Positions 55,855 through 64,000 of a DNA stretch of 64,000 nucleotides are shown here, piece by piece. Both the position numbers and the translations under genes were made by a program. The notes below the pieces were generated by a model. That model searched no databases, was not told where the DNA came from, and worked only from the letters and a program-made list of their open reading frames with translations. Position 1 is the stretch's first letter; each line of letters starts with the position of its first letter. The stretch comes from Verrucomicrobiota bacterium (GTDB taxonomy: Bacteria > Verrucomicrobiota > Verrucomicrobiia > Limisphaerales > JAKPVM01), in the NCBI GenBank assembly GCA_029572555.1, contig JAKPVM010000211.1:373-64372 (forward strand). Direction: 5' to 3'.

Positions 55855-58800
55855 ATGAAAAGTTTGTTTTATAAAAGTGCCGTTTTGATGGCGGCGATGG
55901 TTTCTTGTTTAAGTCTTCAAGGTCAATATGCAACTAATTGGGTTGTGATAAACGATCATCATCGTGGGACTACAACATCGCCTTATGCGAATTTATACAA
56001 TCCGCTTGGAGATGATGCCGGATTAAGCGGATCTTTGACAAACACTGTTTCTTACGCGGTGCTATCACAGGGCGCAAAAACTCCGGCTTCCATAACAATT
56101 ATAAACAATGGTGCAGCATCCGCTGATACAATGGGCGCTCCGAATGCTGGAACTCCTGCTGGTAATTGGTTTCTACCGTATGTTGACTTTGGTTCCGGCA
56201 GTCGTGATGCGATTCAATTATCAGGATCATCGACGATTACATATACTTTTAACGGATTAGATTCCACAAAGAGATACATATTCAAAGGTACGGCTGCACG
56301 TGGTGCAAGTTATTCAGACCGATGGACTCTTGTTACATTGAATAGCGCTAACTCTTTTACTCATTCACATACTCCCACATGGGCACAGGCAACCTCGCCG
56401 AATTATGGTGTTTTGACTACTGCTGATGGTGGAACGACGGCTACGAATCAGGCTGCATTCAATTCAGGTGAAAATCGTGTTGCCGGCGCAATGATTGTGT
56501 TCAGTGATATTAATCCCGGTTCTGATGGTTCTTTTTCAATTACAGTTGAAACATATAGAGGGAATGTTCCGGGCGGTTCTTCCAGTGGTAATTACGGATA
56601 TGCGTTTTCAGCATTAAGTCTTGAGGAAATAAATATTCAACTTTCTGCGGTTGCAATAACAAATCAGCCACAAAACCAGACCGTGGTTGAATTAGGTTTA
56701 GCTACTTTCACTGCTGGGATTAGTGGAAATCCTGTTCCAACAATTCAATGGTTTAAAAATGATTTCCCAATTCTCTCTGCAACAAATTCAAGTCTTACTC
56801 TATCTCCTGCAAATCTAAGCGATGATGGCGCGATATTTTATGTCAGGGCGACTAATGCGATTAGCAATGTGGTTTACTGGGTGCAAAGTAGTAATGCAAT
56901 TCTAAGGGTAGTTCCTGATACCAATCCACCAGTTCTGCTCGGAGCGGCAAGTGGTTATCCTGACAATGTTGCAGTTTTCTTTTCAGAAAAAATCAATCCT
57001 ATTACAGCCACTAATATTACAAATTATAGTATCACGAGTTCTTATGGTAGTCTTGCTATTTATGGGGCTCTACTTGCAGCAGGAGAAACTAATGTAATTT
57101 TAACAACATCAACTCAACGGCTTGGTATTACTTATACATTAACTGTAAATGGAATCAGAGACCAATCATCCGCCGGTAATTTAATTATTACAAATAGTAG
57201 GACTACATTTGTTGCTGAGTCGTTTTTAACTGTGGATATAGGCAATCCAACTACTGCAACAATTGTTAATCCGGTGAGTGGTGGATTTAATATTACGACA
57301 GGAGGAACTAATATAGGAGACTATTCTGACCAATTTTCATTTGTTTATCGTCAGCAGGTTGGTGATTTTGATGTCAAAGTGCGTGTTTCTGAACTTACTT
57401 TAACTGACCCATGGGCAAGGGCAGGGCTGATGGTGAGGGAGAGTCTTGCGGCGAATAGCACTTTTTCGGCTGTCTTTGCGACACCAAGCGCTGTTGGTTG
57501 TTTTTTTGAGTCGCGACCAAATACTGGTGTGTCAAGTACTCGAAGCGGGTTTTATCCTGTAACCTGTCCATATACATGGCTACGGCTTAAACGATCGGGC
57601 AGCACTTTCAGAGGATATGCAAGTTTTAACGGAGAAAATTGGTATCAACTTGGTTCAGCGACAATTAATATGCCTTCAAGTGTATATTTTGGTATGGCTG
57701 TAAGTAGCAGGAACGGGGCAATGCTGGCTACTGCTGGTTTTAGAGATATGGAGAACATATTCAGCGATACCGGAGTTTATGTCTCAATGCCAATTGAACC
57801 GTTAGGACCGTCTTCTCGCAAGACTTGCTTTGCAATAAGCGAAATAATGTATAATCATAGTAATGTAGGAGGGTATTCAAATAGTTTAGAGTTTATAGAA
57901 CTATATAATTCAAACCCATGGCCCGAAGAAATCAGCGGTTATAGCATCGGTGGCTCGGTAAAATATAAGTTTGGAAGCAATGTTTGGGTCAACGGTGGCG
58001 GTTTTGTTGTAGTAGCGCGGAATCCGAATTTAATTACACAAGTTTATGGAATTACAAATATATTTGGACCGTGGAATGATGCCGTTAATGATGGATTACC
58101 GGGTGATAAAGGCACCGTAAGGCTTTTGAGTGAAATCGGTGCTGTTTACCTTGAAGTAAACTATAATGACAGAGGTGAATGGCCTGCCGGTGCAGATGGT
58201 ACAGGACATTCTTTGGTTTTAGTCAGACCTTCTTATGGTGAGGATGACCCGCGCGCATGGGGAGTAAGTGATTTAGAAGGAGGGTCACCGGGACGAGGTG
58301 ATAGCTACAGCGGTGGAAACTTAAGAAATGTTGTAATAAATGAATTTCTTGCAAATTCCGTTGAACCATACGTTGATTATATAGAACTATATAACAAAGG
58401 AAATCAGCCTGTTGATATTTCTGCCTGCACTTTGAGCGATGATCCAATTACAAATAAATTTGTTATACCCGCTGGTACGACGATACCGGGAGGTGGTTTG
58501 GTTACATTTCGGCAAAATGACTTTGGTTTTGGTTTAGATTCAGGTGGAGAGACAATTTACTTAAAAGATTCAACAGGGCAACGAATTCTTGATTGCATAA
58601 GATATGAACCGCAAATGCCGAATCGTTCGAGCGGACGTTATCCTGACGGGGCAGCGGAGATATATCCACTCAGTGTTATGAGCCCGGGAACGAATAATTC
58701 TAATTTTAGTATATATGTTGATGATATTGTGATTAACGAGTTAATGTATGAACCCATAAGTTTTGATGAAGACGAACAATATGTAGAATTGTATAATAAC

Positions 58801-61800
58801 GGGACTAATGCAATAGATATCAGCGGATGGAAGTTCACTTCGGGCATTTCGTTTACATTTCCGAGCAACACAATAATTTCAGCCAATGGTTATCTCATTG
58901 TTGCAAAGAGCGTTAACAAACTTCTCTCCCGATATAGTGGTGAACTTGATTCTTCTATAGTTGTTGGTGATTTTTCAGGTTCGTTAGCTGGTGGCGGAGA
59001 AAGAGTAGCCCTTGGCAAACCAATACTAACCTATTCAACTAATTCGTCCGGTGTGGTCAAAAGTAATACTGTTTATGCAATAGTGGACGAGGTTACATAC
59101 GGAGTTGGAGGAAGGTGGGGAAAATGGGCGAATGAAGGTGGTAGTAGCCTTGAGTTAAGAGATGCGAGGGCAAATCACAGGCTTGCATATAACTGGGGCG
59201 ATAGTATCGAGACCTCAAAAGCACAATGGGTTACCGTTGAAGCGACAGGTCCAATGGATAATGGTAGTAGTGATACTGCAAATTATCTTGAAATCTATTT
59301 GAGCGGTGAAGGCGAAGCCTTAATTGATAATGTTGAAGTGATTAGTGGCGGAGCTAATGTTGTTGCTAATTCAACTTTTGAAGGTGGCGTAAGTGGATGG
59401 ACATTCAGGGGCACGCACGAAAGGTCAAGTTTGGAAATAACAGAAGGATACAATAGCAGCAGTTGCCTTCATATACGCGCAAGTGCGCGAGGCGATTATG
59501 GTGCAAATAGAATATTATGCTCATTGAACCCCACCCCAAGTAGTACTATAACAATTAGAGCAAAACTTAGATGGCTTTGCGGTATGCCAGAAGTTGTAAT
59601 GAGACTTCATGGAAATTCTATGGAAGCTTATGGACTACTTTTAAATCCGACTAATTATCCTAAACTTGGTACACCCGGACGACGCAATAGTATAGCAGTT
59701 GATAATGCGCCACCGGCTATTTACGAAATGAGACATAATCCTATTGTTCCAAACGCAAACCAGTCAGTTGTTGTAACGGCAAGGATTAATGATCCAGACA
59801 AAATCGGATATGTAAAATTGTATTATAGGATAGAACCTTTAAGTAATTACACAGTTGTTACAATGCTTGATAGCGGTACCGGAGGTGATAATGTTAGCAG
59901 GGATGGTGTTTACAGCGCAACAATACCCGGTCAGTCTGCGGGTACGATGGTAGCGTTCTTTGTTATAGCGGCAGATGGAACAGGTATAACAAATCAATTC
60001 CCATACAACGCTTCACCGAGTGGAAATGAATGTCTTGTGCGGTTCGGAGATGCTACGCCTATAGGGGCATTTTTCCCATACCGATTATGGCTTACTCAAA
60101 ATTCGGTTAACCGCTGGATTAATAGACCGATTTTAAGCAATGATCCGATTGAAGGCACTTTTGTTTATGGGAATTGGAGGGTAATTTATAATATGGGATC
60201 GCGGTATGCAGGAAGTCCTTACCATCAGGGATTTAGTGGTCCAACAGGAAATAATTGTCATTATGTCTTGGAAATGCCACTTGACGATAAACTACTTGGC
60301 ACTGAAAGTTTCAATAAAATTCACGGTCCGGGGAACGGTTCTTTTGATGATAATACGATTCAACGGGAGCAGACTGCTTATTGGCTTGCAAGGAAAATAG
60401 GCTTGCCGTGGTTATATCGTCGGTATGTGGCAATGTATGTGAATGGGGTAAGACGTGGCACATTGATGGAAGATATGCAAACTCCTAATGGCGATGTCGT
60501 AGAGGAGTATTTTCCAGATGATAAAGACGGTTTCTTGTATAAATTACAACCCTGGTTTGAAATGGATGATGTTGCAACTGGAAGTATGCCATTTAATAAT
60601 CGTTCCTGGTGCACATTGAATAAGTATACAACCACTGTAAATGGTGTACCTGGACGACACAAACTCGCGCGATACAGGGTTAATTATCTTGCCCGTTCAT
60701 ATAAAGGTACAGGTAGCAATTATACAAATGTATTTGCTTTGGTCGATGCAGCAAACACTTATGGTTCCGGAATTGATACTTATATGGCTAATATGGAACT
60801 GATTGTTGATGTGGAAAATTGGGTGAGAACCTTTGCTGTTGAACACGCGTGTGGAAACTGGGATAGTTTTGGAAACAGAAATGCTCAAAATATGTATGGA
60901 TACAAGCCTCTCAAAGATAGATGGAAATTAATTATATTTGATTTTAATATTGTGCTTGGTAACAGTTCTGATAATCCGGGCGCATATTTATTTCAATATA
61001 ACACCGCTGATATCCCTATGCCATATCTCTATCATAACGGCACAGTTTATCCTTATCGTAGGATTTTTTGGAGGGGAATGAAGGAGTTGTGTAACGGACC
61101 AATGTTGCCGGAAAACCTTAATAAAGTTATTGATTCTAAATACGCCGCATTTAAGGACCACGGGGTCACAACGCTTTCACCAAATATTGCAGCGCCAGAT
61201 GCAATAAAAAGTTTTATATCATCAGCACGCACAAGCATTCTCTCGCAGATGACTGCGGAAGATGCAACTTCTTTTTCAGTTGGTACCACGAATTATTTAA
61301 CCACCCCAACAAACCTTATAGAGTTTCAAGGGTCAGCGCCAGTTGAAATAACATCAATAAAAATTAATGGCTATGATTATCGGTTAAAATTGACTTCTAC
61401 AAAGACATTTACAATCAAAGTTTCTATTAGCGATGCAACAAATCGATTAGTATTTCAAGGCTATGATTATTATGGAAATCCAATCCCAACTGCAACAAAC
61501 ACTGTAACTGTGGTATATACAGGTCCGGTGGATACGCCACAAGGAAACGTTGTATTTAATGAAATTATGTATAATCCGACTAATACCGGCGCCGCTTATG
61601 TAGAGTTATACAATAATTCAACTAATTTTACCTTTGATTTGAGTGGTTGGCGAATAAATGGGCTTGGCTATGTATTTGCTTATGGGAGTTTTATTGCGCC
61701 TCGCAGTTGTATAGTCATTGCAAAAGAAATGTCTATTTTTTATCAAACTTATGGATTTTATCCGTTTGATGTATATCCGGGTGCTTTGCAAAATGATGGT

Positions 61801-64000
61801 GAAACCTTGACGTTGTTAAAACCGGAGATAGGTTCGGATGGAAAGACTAATGAAGTTATAATTGATAGAGTAAGGTATGAAGCCTTGTCGCCTTGGCCTG
61901 CGCTGGCAAATGGGCAAAGTGCTTCTTTACAATTGATTGATTCAACGAACGATAACAGTCGTGTAGCGAACTGGTCAGATGGGATGGGATGGAGATATTT
62001 TTCTTACACAGGTCAATTATCAGCATCAACTAAACGGCTGTTACTATTTCCTAATTCTGCTGGTGAGATATACATTGATGATATAAAGCTTGTGGCAGGT
62101 ACGGTTCCGGAGGTGGGAGATAATCTAATTAGAGGTGGAGATTTTGAGGGTGCATTTCTTACTAACAATGGTGGATACTGGGGAATGGCAGGTACAGGGG
62201 GGGTGCAAAGTGATATTTCCACTAATGTAAGTCACGGCGGGATGAGCAGTTTGAGGATTATATTTACTGTATCAGGAGGACAACCGAACAATATTAACCA
62301 AGATACACTTGTCACGGTTAGTAACATATACACATTAAGTTTCTGGTATTTACCTTCAACAAATGTTGAAAAGTTCACAGCCCGATTTGGTAGTTCATTT
62401 AGGCCTGAGGTTAATGTAAAGCCTATACTTTACACACCCGGTACTAACAACTCTATTGCAGTGCCATTACCGGCATTTGATCCTATCTGGTTAAACGAGG
62501 TTCAAGCGGAGAATATAACTGGTATTGTTGACAACTATGGTGAACACGACCCGTGGTTAGAGATATATAATATGGGGACAAATGCAGTTGATTTAAGTTC
62601 GTATTATCTTACAGATTCTTATAACAATTTAAACAAATGGCAATTTCCAGAAGGGACAACACTTAACGGTGGTGAATTTAAGGTTATCTGGCTTGACGGT
62701 CAGGAGAGTCAATCTACATCAGGATACATACATACAGCATTTCGGATACCCTCGACTAACGGTTCAATAGCGATTACAAAATTATTATCAAGCACATACG
62801 GTGTCATAGATTATTTAAATTATAAAAACCTTCCTGCGGATTATAGTTATGGTGATGGACCTGATGGACAACCTTTTTATAGGCAGAAGTTTTATTATCC
62901 GACGGCTGGTGGAACGAACGATATGCGCATAGTGCCGATAAGGGTGTACATTAACGAATGGATGGCTGACACCACGATTATCAATCCTGGTACTGGTGGG
63001 TATGACGACTGGTTTGAACTTTACAATGCTGAAACTAACGAGGTTGATTTAAGTGGTTATTATCTATCTGACAATCCGACAAACTTGACACAATTTGAGA
63101 TACCCAATGGTTGTGTTATACCGCCAAAGGGATTTTTACTTATCTGGGCTGATAATAATCCGACGACTACGAATCTTGTTATGCCGACAGATGTACATGT
63201 TAACTTTGCGCTTAACCGTGGTGGTGAGTCTATCGGGTTATTTGGTCCTGATGGTTCTGTTGTTGACCTTATTGAGTTTGGTTCTCAAACTACGGATTTG
63301 AGTGAAGGTCGTTATCCTGACGGTGGTTCAACCATTCGCTTTTTACAACAACCGACACCCGGCAGGACAAATTCGTTGCCTGTGATAGGTGCAAATCTTC
63401 CTCCTGTTATTGAACCTATTGAAGACAAAGTTGCTGTTGTTAATCAAACATTAAGGTTTAATGTAATAGCGACAGACCCCGATTTACCACTGCAACAATT
63501 AAGTTATGAGATAATCAGTGGTCCGACAGGTGCAACGATTGACCCTGTAAGCGGTGAATTTAGTTGGACGCCGACTACTGTGGGGACAAATGTATTTACT
63601 GTTCGCGTAATAGATAATGGTGAACCGCCGCTTGAAGCCAGTGCAAGTTTTAATGTTATTGTCAATTTGACAGGGAATCAGGCGCCCGTTCTTGAGGCAA
63701 TTGGGAACAAGGCAATAGACGAAGGCAGTTTACTGACCTTTACAGCACGGGCTACTGATGACCCTGTACAGGCGCTTAGATTTAGTCTTGGTAATGGTGC
63801 GCCCAATGGTGCATCTATTGATGCGGTGAGTGGTGTATTTAGTTGGACGCCGACGGAGTTGCAGGGTCCCGACGTATATTCTGTTACGATAATAGTTACT
63901 GACAACGGCACACCACAGATGAGCGATTCTGAGACGATTCAGATTGTTGTATCAGAGGTGAACAGCGCGCCCGTATTATTGCCTATTGGGACTCAAAATT
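55855..64000 (+). CDS. giant secreted LTD-CotH-LTD-cadherin-like protein, 3' end beyond window (NOT in supplied ORF track)
   Basis: Manual translation of frame 1 from the ATG at 55855 (MKSLFYKSAVLMAAMVSCLSLQGQYA signal peptide) is stop-free to base 64000 (2715 codons). Approximate map:
- Unknown N-terminal domain 55930-56640.
- Ig 56660-56920 (PVPTIQWFKND).
- SbsA/Big_5-like 56920-57210.
- Concanavalin/DUF1349-like 57210-57790 (GDFDVKVRVSELTLTDPWARAGLMVRES).
- LTDs at ~57840 (FAISEIMYNH..LEFIELYN), ~58330 (VVINEFLANS..DYIELYN) and ~58725 (IVINELMYEP..QYVELYN).
- CotH core ~60000-61290 (FNKIHGPGNGSFDDNTIQREQTAYWLARKIGLPW, YVNGVRRGTLMED, NMYGYKPLKDRWKLIIFDFNIVLG).
- LTDs at ~61550 (VVFNEIMYNP..AYVELYN), ~62490 (IWLNEVQAEN..PWLEIYN) and ~62945 (VYINEWMADT..DWFELYN).
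- Cadherin-like units from ~63390 (SGEFSWTPTTVGTNVFTVRVIDNGEPPL; SGVFSWTPTELQGPDVYSVTIIVTDNGTPQM). Confidence 0.85.
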   Translation, partial: MKSLFYKSAVLMAAMVSCLSLQGQYATNWVVINDHHRGTTTSPYANLYNPLGDDAGLSGSLTNTVSYAVLSQGAKTPASITIINNGAASADTMGAPNAGTPAGNWFLPYVDFGSGSRDAIQLSGSSTITYTFNGLDSTKRYIFKGTAARGASYSDRWTLVTLNSANSFTHSHTPTWAQATSPNYGVLTTADGGTTATNQAAFNSGENRVAGAMIVFSDINPGSDGSFSITVETYRGNVPGGSSSGNYGYAFSALSLEEINIQLSAVAITNQPQNQTVVELGLATFTAGISGNPVPTIQWFKNDFPILSATNSSLTLSPANLSDDGAIFYVRATNAISNVVYWVQSSNAILRVVPDTNPPVLLGAASGYPDNVAVFFSEKINPITATNITNYSITSSYGSLAIYGALLAAGETNVILTTSTQRLGITYTLTVNGIRDQSSAGNLIITNSRTTFVAESFLTVDIGNPTTATIVNPVSGGFNITTGGTNIGDYSDQFSFVYRQQVGDFDVKVRVSELTLTDPWARAGLMVRESLAANSTFSAVFATPSAVGCFFESRPNTGVSSTRSGFYPVTCPYTWLRLKRSGSTFRGYASFNGENWYQLGSATINMPSSVYFGMAVSSRNGAMLATAGFRDMENIFSDTGVYVSMPIEPLGPSSRKTCFAISEIMYNHSNVGGYSNSLEFIELYNSNPWPEEISGYSIGGSVKYKFGSNVWVNGGGFVVVARNPNLITQVYGITNIFGPWNDAVNDGLPGDKGTVRLLSEIGAVYLEVNYNDRGEWPAGADGTGHSLVLVRPSYGEDDPRAWGVSDLEGGSPGRGDSYSGGNLRNVVINEFLANSVEPYVDYIELYNKGNQPVDISACTLSDDPITNKFVIPAGTTIPGGGLVTFRQNDFGFGLDSGGETIYLKDSTGQRILDCIRYEPQMPNRSSGRYPDGAAEIYPLSVMSPGTNNSNFSIYVDDIVINELMYEPISFDEDEQYVELYNNGTNAIDISGWKFTSGISFTFPSNTIISANGYLIVAKSVNKLLSRYSGELDSSIVVGDFSGSLAGGGERVALGKPILTYSTNSSGVVKSNTVYAIVDEVTYGVGGRWGKWANEGGSSLELRDARANHRLAYNWGDSIETSKAQWVTVEATGPMDNGSSDTANYLEIYLSGEGEALIDNVEVISGGANVVANSTFEGGVSGWTFRGTHERSSLEITEGYNSSSCLHIRASARGDYGANRILCSLNPTPSSTITIRAKLRWLCGMPEVVMRLHGNSMEAYGLLLNPTNYPKLGTPGRRNSIAVDNAPPAIYEMRHNPIVPNANQSVVVTARINDPDKIGYVKLYYRIEPLSNYTVVTMLDSGTGGDNVSRDGVYSATIPGQSAGTMVAFFVIAADGTGITNQFPYNASPSGNECLVRFGDATPIGAFFPYRLWLTQNSVNRWINRPILSNDPIEGTFVYGNWRVIYNMGSRYAGSPYHQGFSGPTGNNCHYVLEMPLDDKLLGTESFNKIHGPGNGSFDDNTIQREQTAYWLARKIGLPWLYRRYVAMYVNGVRRGTLMEDMQTPNGDVVEEYFPDDKDGFLYKLQPWFEMDDVATGSMPFNNRSWCTLNKYTTTVNGVPGRHKLARYRVNYLARSYKGTGSNYTNVFALVDAANTYGSGIDTYMANMELIVDVENWVRTFAVEHACGNWDSFGNRNAQNMYGYKPLKDRWKLIIFDFNIVLGNSSDNPGAYLFQYNTADIPMPYLYHNGTVYPYRRIFWRGMKELCNGPMLPENLNKVIDSKYAAFKDHGVTTLSPNIAAPDAIKSFISSARTSILSQMTAEDATSFSVGTTNYLTTPTNLIEFQGSAPVEITSIKINGYDYRLKLTSTKTFTIKVSISDATNRLVFQGYDYYGNPIPTATNTVTVVYTGPVDTPQGNVVFNEIMYNPTNTGAAYVELYNNSTNFTFDLSGWRINGLGYVFAYGSFIAPRSCIVIAKEMSIFYQTYGFYPFDVYPGALQNDGETLTLLKPEIGSDGKTNEVIIDRVRYEALSPWPALANGQSASLQLIDSTNDNSRVANWSDGMGWRYFSYTGQLSASTKRLLLFPNSAGEIYIDDIKLVAGTVPEVGDNLIRGGDFEGAFLTNNGGYWGMAGTGGVQSDISTNVSHGGMSSLRIIFTVSGGQPNNINQDTLVTVSNIYTLSFWYLPSTNVEKFTARFGSSFRPEVNVKPILYTPGTNNSIAVPLPAFDPIWLNEVQAENITGIVDNYGEHDPWLEIYNMGTNAVDLSSYYLTDSYNNLNKWQFPEGTTLNGGEFKVIWLDGQESQSTSGYIHTAFRIPSTNGSIAITKLLSSTYGVIDYLNYKNLPADYSYGDGPDGQPFYRQKFYYPTAGGTNDMRIVPIRVYINEWMADTTIINPGTGGYDDWFELYNAETNEVDLSGYYLSDNPTNLTQFEIPNGCVIPPKGFLLIWADNNPTTTNLVMPTDVHVNFALNRGGESIGLFGPDGSVVDLIEFGSQTTDLSEGRYPDGGSTIRFLQQPTPGRTNSLPVIGANLPPVIEPIEDKVAVVNQTLRFNVIATDPDLPLQQLSYEIISGPTGATIDPVSGEFSWTPTTVGTNVFTVRVIDNGEPPLEASASFNVIVNLTGNQAPVLEAIGNKAIDEGSLLTFTARATDDPVQALRFSLGNGAPNGASIDAVSGVFSWTPTELQGPDVYSVTIIVTDNGTPQMSDSETIQIVVSEVNSAPVLLPIGTQN

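Noticed and set aside
57395-63911. Ten short ORF-track entries (60-94 aa): eight on the - strand and two in other + frames, at 57395, 58223, 58638, 60206, 60378, 60697, 61053, 62013, 63095 and 63678.
   Set aside because: All lie inside, antisense to, or out of frame with the continuous frame-1 giant ORF starting at 55855. None has a recognisable motif. They are shadow ORFs.

Overview
AT-rich bacterial chromosomal segment. The gene content points to a PVC-type organism, probably Verrucomicrobiota-like and probably anaerobic or facultative. The markers are an H-X9-DG prepilin-type protein, two Tat-signal Gfo/Idh/MocA oxidoreductases, and giant Ig/LTD/CotH surface proteins. All family calls come from motif recognition by eye; no database search was run.

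Core housekeeping genes are present: pta, efp, der, gltA, guaA, holB, aroQ, accB, accC, thiE, tRNA-Arg(CCG) and tRNA-Val(UAC).

Interleaved with them are three giant secreted multidomain genes plus one 5'-truncated FG-GAP/cadherin-like gene at the left edge:
- 11618-18133, 2171 aa: LTD, CotH, three more LTDs, six Ig domains.
- 35774-44152, 2792 aa: Ig arrays, a 7-blade RCC1-like propeller, SBBP repeats, PPC-like and cadherin-like domains.
- 55855 to beyond 64000, more than 2715 codons: an LTD-CotH-LTD paralog. It is absent from the supplied ORF track because no stop codon falls inside the window.

These three genes occupy roughly a third of the window. The two complete ones end in a shared ~70-aa module terminating in FYR[IV]K, which I cannot assign to a known sorting signal.

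Other points of interest:
- An ECF sigma / 75-aa charged protein / AAA+ ATPase triad.
- A RACo-like corrinoid activator and an MtaA-like Zn methyltransferase, with no corrinoid protein in view.
- An EF-P whose loop-tip Lys/Arg is replaced by Asn.
- A 307-nt intergenic region with an 18-bp inverted repeat and a possible 55-aa coupled small ORF.

I saw no CRISPR array, transposase, integrase, phage genes or rRNA.
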